Positions 53,984 to 64,000 of a DNA stretch of 64,000 nucleotides are shown piece after piece. This DNA comes from Bilabrum cf. latius (taxonomy: Eukaryota): assembly GCA_965178125.1 (NCBI GenBank), contig OZ237774.1, positions 248,001 through 312,000 of the forward strand, in the 5' to 3' direction. The position numbers and the translations under genes are program-made. The first letter of the stretch is position 1. Each line of letters opens with the position of its first letter. Below the pieces are notes generated by a model, which was not told the origin of the DNA, ran no database searches, and saw only the letters and a list, made by a program, of their open reading frames with translations.

Positions 53984-56900
53984 TCACTCCCCGTCCTCGT
54001 CCTCGTCCTGCTCTTCATCTTCCTAAAACGCGTCATCATCATTATCATCATCGCCATCGCCACCGCTGTTGCCCCGGCTCTTGTGGCCTTGTTTCTATCC
54101 AGCGCGCGCATTGGATGCATCTGATGCAGCACCCGCTTTGTCCTGCTCCTCGCCATCGCTGTCATCGTTCATCTCCTACATCTTCTCTCTAGCCTTGGCA
54201 CTGCTCGCGCGCCGGCTCCTCCCACTGGATGCACTCGTCACACCACTGTATGCACTCGTCACACCACGGCTGCCACCGGCGCCCTTGGAGGCCATGGCGG
54301 CCGCGCCTGCGGCGACGGCCGCGGCCGCTTTGGCTGCCGCGTCGATTGCCGTCCCTGCCCCGCCGCTGGATGCGCCACCATGCGCTGCACCCTTCCCAGT
54401 CGGCATCCACCCTTGCAGATCGAGGGTAGGTCTCTTGGCCTTCTTGGTGTCGTTGGTGGGATCGGACCTGTTGTCCTCGTCGACCAGGTTCCGCCACTTG
54501 TCCTTGAGGTTCACTGAGGTTCGCCCGTTCGCCGCGAGCACGCTCTTGAAAGGCTCCGTCTTGAGAATGACGGCCCACTTGCCCAGCCCGAACCTCGACA
54601 CGCCCGCTCGCAGAGCAGAGACCTCACCGGGTGTCCATGCCTTCCTCCGCTTCTGGCGCACCTGCTCGGCAAGCACGCTCGGGAGTAGCATGGAGGCTCC
54701 TTTCGTGGACACGGAGATGACCCCCGCAGGGGGGTATGCGGGGTAGAAGGGGTTGATGGCCTTGGGGTTGAGTGAGGGACGGACCTTTGCTGGCTGCGGC
54801 TGGGCCTGGAACACGGCTTCCTGGGCCAGCTCCATCCTGACTGCGTGAGGGTCCGAGTGGTCCACCGGGCGGTTTGCGATTCCGAGTTGCTCCCGGATGT
54901 CCCGCAGATGACCACCTTCCTTCCTGACGTCACTGATGCCGATGACGTCACGGAGCGTCTTACCCTGACGCTTGCCCTTGCCCTTGCCATTTCCGCTGCT
55001 GTCCTCCCCACTGTCCTCCGAAGAGGACCCAGTCCGGCTTTGGCCACCTTTCCGGCTTTGGCCACCTTTCCTACCCGTCTGCTTGCCATCATCGTCCTCG
55101 GCATCCGTGGGGTCCTGACTGCTGCTCCCATCGCTTGCGCTGCCGTGCGCTGCACCCGCCGCCGTCGCCGCAGCCCCGAGCAGCACTTTGCCATTGGCAG
55201 CACCATCGTGCAGTGCACCTTGATCCTAGATCCAGCACCTTCTCCCCCTTCGCCGGCCACCCCTGCCACCCCCTTCTGCTTTGCTCCTGCCCTTGCCCTT
55301 GCTCTTGATGTTGCTGCCGAGGGCACTGCCGGTCGGCACCACTGGTCGAGGCGTTGGAGTCAGCGTGTCGATCGTGTCGTTCTGGGCCTGTGCAACGCCA
55401 TGCAGTGCACCCGTTGCGGACGGTGCGACACCACTCGTCACGCCTGCAAGCGCAAGGTCGGCGGTATCCGCCGATCCCGTGCTCCGATTGGATGGTGAGG
55501 CATCACCGCCTGCCATGCCCCTGCCCCTGCCCCTGGCCCGCCCCCTGCTCCCGCTCCTGCCCCTGGGCCTGGATCTGGATCTCGACTTGGTGGACCAGAT
55601 CATCACTTCATCGTCGTCGTCGTCATCGCTGTCTTCCTCCTCGTCCTCCCTTGCACGCTGCTAGTTCGCTTGCTGCTTGTGCTCGTCCTTGCCATTGCTG
55701 CTCCCTGCAGGCACCTGGCCAGCGACTCCTCGCTTCCTGCCACTGCCGTGCGCTGCACTTCCTCTGTCCCCGCTGTCCCCGCTAGCACCCCCTTCACTCC
55801 CCCCATCTCCCCTTGGTGGGGACACGTCAGACAGCCCGCGGGGCTCAGTGGCCTGCGACGAACCTTCTGTAGACGTGCGGTCCACCTCTTCCACTGCGGA
55901 ACCGGCGGCGCCGCGTGACGGAGAACCCCTTCCGCTTCTTCTCGTACTCAGCCGCCCGCTGCCCACCACAACGCAGCTCGCATCCCCGGGTGCACCATCG
56001 TGCAATGCACCTGATTTGCGCCGCCTGTGCTGGCTGCGAGGTGCCCCGGCCAATGATCGGGCATTGCTCCCTTCATCTTCGTCCTCGTCCTCGTCCTCGT
56101 CCTCGCTGCTGCTGCTGCCCCCCACTTCGACCACTTCGCCGTCCGAGTCAATCTCCTGGCGCCACGCAGGTTCCATGACCCCGTTCTTGTTCTTGCTCCG
56201 ATCACTGATCCCACCTTGACCACCGGTTGATTTGCCGCTCGAACGCCCAACACGAGTGGCTGCAGATCGAGGCTTGCTTGATCCCAAGTCCTCCTCTTCG
56301 TCCTCATCCTCGTACAGATCTTCGCTGCCGTAGTCCGCCTGGAAACCATCGTCCACTCCATCATCGCTCGGGGCCCCTTCCCCATTGACTCCTCCCTCCT
56401 GGTCTCCTTCCGCCATCGCCCGCTGGCTACCCCTGCCCCGGCCCCGGCCCCGCCCCCGGCCCCGGCTCCTGCCCCTGCCTCTGCCCCTGCCTCTGCCTTT
56501 GCCCCTGCCTGCGACACTTGGTCTGGGTCGCTGGTTTGATCCACTGGTGGGTTTCGAAGTGCGGCGGCGCTTGGCAGGTCGCCCCTCCGGAGAGTGTTGG
56601 TCATCATCACCTCCGGCCCAATCATCTCCTTGACCACTTTCGGCGCTGCTGTCATCGCTGTCATCACTGCCAGGCTCGGCATAGTTCACGCTCCTGCTCC
56701 TGGCCCGGCTTGACCTGCGCGTGTCTCGGCGCCTCTTGCCGCTGGCTGGGGCTGGGACAGTATTAGTCTTGGAGGCACGACCGGGACCATCGGCCTTGCC
56801 CTTGCTTCTACTCTTGCTCATGGTCTTGCTCCTGGTCTTGCTGGCGGACACCTGCTCATTCTCAGCCTGGCCAGCACTCTCATCGTGGTGGAGCTCGTGG

Positions 56901-59900
56901 CTTTGACTGTTCTTGTTCATCGGTGCAGAGCCATCCGCTGAAGCTGACAGGCCACCACCCACCAGGTGCGCGATGGAGGCAGGCAGGGACATGTTCAGGA
57001 TTGGCTCGTCCTCGCTGTCTACAGACCCTGACTCGGACCCTGACTCCGACTCGGAGCCGTTTGTTCCCTGGCGGGTCCTCCGTGCCCTAACCCCGCCCAT
57101 GCCTCTTCCATGGCTGCCCGTGCCCCTGCCCCTGCTCTTGCTCCTGCTCTTGCTCTTGCTCGCCGACCTCCCTCGCGGTGTGGAGATCCACACGATGGCC
57201 AAGTTCCCCCCCTCGTCTTCCTCGCTGCTGCTACTGCCCCTGCTCCTACTCCTGGTCCTGCTTTGATTTATGCCGTTGATGCCGGTATCCACGCCATCGT
57301 GCGATGCACCTGTACCGGCACGTAGCCCCGTGCTTCGCGACCTCGATTTTGACCTTGGCTGCACCCTGCCCCAGTTGGGCCTCTTCCTCTTCCTCCCGCC
57401 GGAGCCACTTTTGTTCCCTGATCCGATCCATGCGCTCCTGACCAGGTCACCCCCGACCCCCTCCCACTCGTCATCCCCGCTGTCTTGCTCGCTGCCCGAG
57501 TCTGTGGTCGTGGACGAATCCATAATCTCTCCCGTGCTGGAGCTGGAACTGCCACTGCCTGCGTCCTTAACCCCTTCGTCCATCTCCAACACGCTGCCGT
57601 CCTGCCGCCTGCCACCCTGCCTACCGATCCGCCGGCGACCGGTGGATCGACGGGTCCCTTGCTTCCCCCGGGGTGATCTGGGATTGGAGTTGGAGTTGGA
57701 GTTCGAGTTCCCACGCTCGGCTCTCCGTCGAGGCCCACTCTTTACCCTACCCCTCCGTTCAACCCTCTTCTTATTTCTCTCCTTCTCCTCTTCTTCACCG
57801 TCCTCTGGCCTGTCGCTGTCCCAATCACTATCGCCACCACTGGAATCGTCCTCGCTGCTGCTGGCCCCCGCCCCTTTGCGAACACCCTGCCGCCCTCGTG
57901 ACCGCCTTTGGCCACCCTTGGCTTTCGCAGCACCCCTGACACCGCCACTCCCCTCCTATGCTCCCTGAGCCTGTCCACCGGTGTACTTTGCACCGCGGGT
58001 CACCTTCTTGCCACCGCCTGCTGCACCCGCACGACCACCGCCACGGGCCGCGACCCGCATCCCTGCGCGTGCCCACCACCCCTCCCCTACCGCTTCCCGG
58101 GGTGCACCACCATGCACTGCACGCAGCGGTGTCGGGCCTCCGCTGCTCCTGTCGCTAGGCCCTTCTACCTCTCCATCCCTCTGGAAATCGACGCTGGAGG
58201 AACAGGGGTCGTGGTGGAGCACCGAGTCGGACAGGGGGGTCTGGCTGCGCCTGCCAGAGGTAGCCCCCTGCGGGGTGGTCAAAGTGGAGCCGGCTCCGAT
58301 GGAAAGACTCGATGAAGATGCGCACACCATCGTGGGCTGCAGATCAGTCCACTCGTCACACCGGGATCCGGATCGCACAGCCAGCACTGCCGCAGCTGCA
58401 GCCATCGATGCCATTTTGGGCCACATGTTGGACGCGGCTCCCGACTCGCTCCACACCGAGTCCTCGCCAATGCGGCGCATGGCTCGGCGGGGCCTCTTGG
58501 CCCCGAGTGCCTCAAAGGCGCCGCGCAGTACGTTCCGCAATCCCTTGCCGCGCATAGCAGACGGAAGCACTTGCGATCTCAGCCGTGGGCCGGCAGCCAC
58601 TTGCCAACCATGGCGCGGGATGGTTCCATGCAGCGCACTGCCGTGCGCTGCACCCTTGTGGGGAACAGGGGGTACCTGCTGCGTGGGAGCAGGCGGCGGC
58701 AGACCGGTACCGCCGTGCGCTGCACCCGCGCCAACCCGCCTGCGGACTGGCATCTGACCCCCCCTGCCGCGCCGACTCGCCTGCCCGGCCAGCATTCCGA
58801 TTCCGAGTTCCCCGATGCGAGGTGAGTAAGTTTCATTCTGGCCACGGGCAGGGGACTTCCCCTTACCGGGAGATTTCCCCTGGGGGGTTCTCCCCGGGGT
58901 GGGGTCATGCAGCAGCAGGGCTGTTTCCCTTGCTTCCTGCCTCCACCGGTGGGGTGAACCTGACATACTCCTGCTCCTGCTCCTGCCTTGTTCCCTTATT
59001 TCGTCGTCGTCATCGTACGGCACGCTAGCACCATCGTGCGATGCATCTGACCGAATGGGTACCTCATCCAGCGCCACGTCTCCCGGCCCCAACCCCCCAT
59101 CATGCACCCCCCCATGCACCCCCCCATGCACCCCCCCATGCACCCCCCCATGCACCCCCCCATGCACCCCCCCATGCACCCCCCCATGCACCCCCCCATG
59201 CACCCCCCCATGCACCCCCCCATGCACTACGCCCGCCCCGCCCCACCCACTCGGCTCCGAGCCCCCGCCGTCATCGAAACCGTGATCTGGAGCACCACCA
59301 TGCGCTGCACCCTCAGCACCGAGCCCCCCCTGAGGCGAGACTGCCTGTGTCTGGGAATCAAACCCGGGAGCCGGCAGCACGTATGCCCCCGAGTCCGATT
59401 CTCCGCCGCTGGGCTGGCTCTGACTCTGGCTGTGGCTCTGGCTCCGACGCTGAACTCGGTCTCGGTCTTGATCTTGGTCAGCTCTAGCAAGCCCGTTAGG
59501 TCTCGTATTGTCTGCACCGCCGGACACGCCCGCACCCCTTGCATCCCCATCGTGCGAGGCGCCCGAGCCAGTCCCGTTCGCACTGCTAGCCGAGTTTCGC
59601 GCCGGATCAACGCACTCCTTGTCTGGGTGTGACGTCTGCACTGTAGATGGCGCCGATTTCTTTGGGGCCTCTCGACGTCCAGGCGCTGCTTTCGGATCTG
59701 CTGCACTGCTGCCAGTGGTCGGGGCGTCCAGCCCGCCTCTTTCCTCGTCGGCGATCTCTGCCTGGGTCTGCTGCCACTGGGCCACCTGGTCCTGAACCCA
59801 CGCTGCTTCCGAGTCTTCAGAAACGTCGCTGTCTTCGTCTTCGTTTCCTGCCTGCTCTTCTCCCTGCGAGTGCTTTACGGCGATCGCAGGTGCCTTGCTC

Positions 59901-60253
59901 GTGTCCGCAGCGGTGGCGCTCGGCTGCCGGTTCGGAGTCGAGATTTCTGGGCTGACTACGCTGGACGGTCCTGTCGCATTACCTTGGCTCCCAATCGACT
60001 CGTGCATGGAAGTCTGCACGGCCTGGTCGGCCGAGTTGGGGCCGTCCGATTCAGGGGCGATTTGAGCTGGTAGCTCTTTCGAAGACTGCAAAAAGTCAGG
60101 CGCCCTACCAATATCTGTCATCTTTTGTGTTTTCGGATCTAGCACAATTCCGAACAGGAGAAGAGATCTTGCTGTCGCGTCTAAGTGAGGTTGGCGCTGC
60201 CGGCTTGAGGCCACACCCGCATTGGCCAACTGCTTCTTCTCCGAAAGCGCCAT
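53984..60253 (-). CDS. ~2,090-aa largely disordered protein with a telobox Myb domain near the C-terminus (TRF-like telomere-repeat-binding candidate)
   Basis: Myb RKAWTPGEVSALRAGVSRFGLGKWAVIL...GRTSVNLKDKWRNL. Four track ORFs share one frame joined by TAGs at 57956, 55661, 55226, 54176, 54095 and 54023. TGA at 53984. Confidence 0.75.
59101..59227. repeat. Perfect 12-bp tandem repeat (CATGCACCCCCC) x10.5 encoding GGVH repeats
   Basis: Directly visible; lies inside the telobox-protein frame. Confidence 0.95.
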
Positions 60254-60474
60254 TATATTTCCCGTGGCGTATTCTTACTGCGCGTAAGTTAAATTTAACA
60301 GATATGCACAAAACTACCAGTGGAAGCGGTAGGAAATGAAATGGTTGGCTCAAATCTATTTGAATCGTTCTTGTTATGTGCATGGTTCCGGTTTCTGGCA
60401 CACTGCCGGCTGCAGCTGCCAATGATCACGCAACAACCACTCGCTTCAAGTAGTGTGGCTCCGCCCTCATCTGC

Positions 60475-61789
60475 TCAGTGCAAGCACGGCAAATCGTCGC
60501 ACAACATCAGCGGGTCTGCCCTGATCGATTCCAGAGCGTCCCTAGCACCCCCCACCGCCACCTCCCAGCAGCCCCTCCCTCCGCCATCCCGCCGCTTCAG
60601 GTACCAGTCCGCATCCCGCACACCATGCGCCAGCGCCAGGACGCACTCCCCGTGACCTCCAGCACACGTCGCTGTCAGAGCGTTCCAGCCGTCTCCGTCC
60701 AAGGCCTCGTGACCGCCCGCCGAACGGCCCAGCCTCAGCCGCTTGGCCAGCTCCATGGGCCTGCCCTCTGCAGCCGCCTTGAACACCATGCCCGCGTCCC
60801 TGTGGGTGTCATGGGCGTGTCTCCAATGCAACATGTGCCTCATCCTGCGCCTGAACGGGTTGTAGTACTGCACGCCCCTGAGTTCTTCTGGGTCTGTATC
60901 CCGGAAAAGCGCCTCGAGTAGTTTGGGCGGGTCGTAATCATGGTCGTTCAGAGCTTTGACGATCACAGGTATCGATGAGAGTGGCCTGAAGTGTTTTGCA
61001 GCCATTACTTTCTGGACGAATCGCAGCTGGCTGGTCAGGAAGGCGACGGCTCCCTCTTCATACTGGCACTCGAGTGGGAGGTTCGCATGAAGCATCGGTG
61101 CCATCCATGTGGTTGTGGCTCTTGGTTCCGTTGTCGTCACAAGTGTTTGTGAACAAGCATAGAATGGGTTGTATATTACTTCGTTATGTCCCCCCAACTG
61201 CACCAGAGATATAACAGTGACATCAAAGTAAGCTGCGAATCATGGACACTTGTACGAGTATTGGCGTTTGTCGAAGCATTATTCTCACTGAGAAATGCAA
61301 GCGATACAAACGTTTATAGAACAGCAGGAGCTCGTAGAATTGCAAGCTACGACCTTTGCGAAATACAAGGCTATCGTAGCCATGCCATTCCGCCTCGCTC
61401 GAGAGGACTCCTCGTCGAACTCGGGCCAGGGCTTGATGGTACTGTTTCTAGCTTTCAACCAAGTTCTACTTGTTCTGTGCCAGCTGACAGAGTACGCCGT
61501 AGTGCGACGTATCAAGCTCGTCGATCAAGGGTTCACATAGTTTCCAAAATTCCTGCGGACGAGTGGAGCTGTGCACAACGTGCAGTAACTCGTTGACCAC
61601 AATTTTCAAAGGTCACGTATCATGGGCAAATACGAAGCTTACCTAGTGTGAAATCATCAAGCGGGATATTGGCTTGGTGCATACCGCGATCCTGACAGCA
61701 GAGTCTTCCAGATCCCTGCCTGTAAAGCTGTGCTCGAGTTCTCTCGAATCATTTATGAGCTCAAGGATAGTATCACCAATGTTCTCCAT
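60475..61789 (-). CDS. Ankyrin-like repeat protein, tandem copy 1 (spliced; 5' end uncertain)
   Basis: Exons MENIGDTIL...ISH*|, EFWKLCEPL...QNK*NLVES*KQYHQ and ...MVFKAAAEGRPMELAKRL..DGDGWNALTATCAGGHGECVLAL. TGA at 60475. Confidence 0.65.
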
Positions 61790-62244
61790 TCGCGAGCCTT
61801 ATCGTGATTCCCTGCTCGAGTAAATGCACAGCGGTCGCGGATCCGATACCGCGTCGCGCCGCCGGGCATGCGACCATGCACTTACTGCACCGGTCGCTGC
61901 GCTACCCTGATACAATATTATGCACCATTCATCAGTGAGTATGCGGACGATGTGTGTGTACCCTGTCCAGACGATCCTTCCCGGATTCTGACGCTGAAGC
62001 GAGCGACATGAAGCTGTTGAGCTTTGCATAAAGCCGCCAGCGGACCATGAGCCAGCGCAAGCGGGGCTGTGCCATGTGGTGAATGAGGCTGCCAGTGTGT
62101 TCGAAGCACCACTCCAAGAAGAAGAAGTACCACCGGCCGACGGTGAGGATGCTGCAATTGGTGGAGAAGCCGGTGGTGTGTCCGTACTTTCTGCACGAGC
62201 AGTACTCACTCCACGGCGCCTCAGCCACCCTCTGCCTCATCTGC

Positions 62245-63567
62245 TCAGTGCAAGCCCGGCAAATCGTCGCACAGCATCAGCGGATCCGCCCTGATCGATT
62301 CCAGAGCGTCCCTGGCACCCCCTACCGCCACCTCCCAGCAGCCCCTCCCACCACCATCCCGCCGCTTCAGGTACCAGTCCGCATCCCGCACGCCGTGCGC
62401 CAGTGCCAGCACGCATCCCCCGTGACCTCCAGCACACGCCGCTGTCAGAGCGTTCCAGCCGTCTCCGTCCAAGGCCTCGTGACCGCCCGCCGAACGGCCC
62501 AGCCTCAGCCGCTTGGACAGCTCCATGGGCCTGCCCTCGCTCGCTGCCTGGAACACCATGCTTGCGTCCCTGTGGGTGTCATGGGCGTGCCTCCAATGCA
62601 GCATGTGTTTCATCCTTCGCCTGAACGGGTTGTAGTACTGCACGCCCCTGAGTTCTTCTGGGTCTGTATCCCGGAAGAGCGCATCGAGCAGTTTGGGCGG
62701 GTCGTAATCATGGTCGTTCAGAGCTTTGACGATCACAGGTATCGATGAGAGTGGCCTCAAGTGTTTTGCAGCCATTACTTTCTGGACGAATCGCAGTCGG
62801 CTGGTCAGGAAGGCGACGGATCCCTCTTCATGCTCGCACTCGAGCGGGAGGTTCGCATGAAGCATCGGTGCCATCCATGTGGTTGTGGCTCTCGGTTCCC
62901 TCTAAGTCACAAGGGTTTGCAAAGAAGCATAGAATGGGTTGTATACTACTCCGTTGTGGCTCTCCAACTGCACCAGAGATATAACAGTGACATCGAAGTA
63001 AGCTGCGAATCATTGACACCATGCCTGATGGAAATTTATACGGGTATTAGCGTTTGTCGAAGCATTATTCTCACTGAGTAGTGCAAACGATACAAACGTT
63101 TATAGAACAGCATGAGCTCGTAGAATTGCAAGCTACGACCTTTGCGAAATACAAGGCTATCGTAGCCATGCCATTTAGCCTCGCTCGAGAGGACTCCTCG
63201 TCGAACTTGGGCCAGGGCTTCATGGTACTGTTTCTAGCTTTCAACCAAGTTCTACTTGTTCTGTGCCAGCTGACAGAGTACGCCGTAGTGCGACGTATCA
63301 AGGGCGTCGACCAAGGGTTCACAGAGTTTCCTAAATTCCTGCGGACGAGTGGAGCTGTGCATAATGCGCGGGCATTCGTTGACCATTTATATCAAATAAT
63401 ATACATACTGTGATTCCTACCTGGTTTGAAATCATCATGCGGGATATTGGCTTGGTGCATACCGCGATCATGACAGCAGGATCTTCCAGATCTCTGCCAG
63501 TAAAGCTGTGCTCGAGTTCTCTCGAATCATTTATGAGCTCAAGGATAGTATCACCAATGTTCTCCAT
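62245..63567 (-). CDS. Ankyrin-like repeat protein, tandem copy 2
   Basis: Exons nearly identical to copy 1, introns diverged. TGA at 62245. Confidence 0.65.
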
Positions 63568-64000
63568 TCGCGAGCCTTTATGTTACTTTCTACTCGAGAA
63601 GATGCAGAGCGGTTGCAGATGGTACGTCCCGCCGCCATGCGACCATAAACCGGTCGCTACACCAAACTGATGCAATACTTCGCACAATTCATCTGTAAAA
63701 ATGCGCACGTTTTGCGTGGCTTTTGCATGCCTGCTATTGTGTAGCATGGCCGCTAACGCCTTGGACGCGGATATGTCTGTGCTGTCCTACAAAGCTAGCA
63801 GTGCCAGCAAAGCTGGTCTCAAAGTCTCAAGGTCGAAGCACGATCACGGACGACCAACCTACCATCCAGAGCATGTGATATGGGAACCGAATGGCGTTTT
63901 CACCATTGATGGGGCAGTTAGATACCGGTTCACTGAATGTACTGTGGATGTGGATGGAGACGGGCGAGTGCAGCTTGTCGGTGAAGGTGTACAGCCCGGC

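Larger units (their letters stand above)
60468..63580. repeat. Tandem segmental duplication (~60468-61800 vs ~62238-63580, offset ~1.77 kb)
   Basis: Long runs of identical sequence at near-constant offset; weaker similarity extends ~150 bp further. Confidence 0.92.

Noticed and set aside
59101-59227. CRISPR-like or telomeric array
   Set aside because: A spacer-less perfect 12-mer inside a coding frame; a simple minisatellite.

Overview
Gene-dense, GC-rich eukaryotic nuclear DNA with short GT-AG introns. It probably comes from a flagellated protist (PACRG is present; a Cafeteria-like bicosoecid stramenopile is my guess from sequence style only). The main signal is a non-standard nuclear genetic code. 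Almost every apparent 'stop' that splits recognisable genes in the supplied standard-code ORF track is TAG, and the frame continues cleanly past it. Conserved-motif positions and a TAG/CAG swap between paralogs point to TAG = Gln. I found no in-frame TAA inside any coding exon; 16 of 17 reconstructed genes end in TGA and one in TAA. TAG and TAA therefore appear decoupled. Read with TAG=Gln, the window holds a CHK2-like kinase, a ~7,270-aa type-I surface protein (one 21.4-kb exon with ~40 TAG and no TAA/TGA), three related ankyrin-type genes and tRNA-Asp. It also holds a FabG/CBR4-like SDR, a Lys-rich protein, NCKX, an mS23-like protein, adenylate kinase, a divergent CDC48, PACRG, PP2C, an SDR39U1-like epimerase, KRR1 and a ~2,090-aa telobox-Myb protein. 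All counts and splice sites were read by eye.
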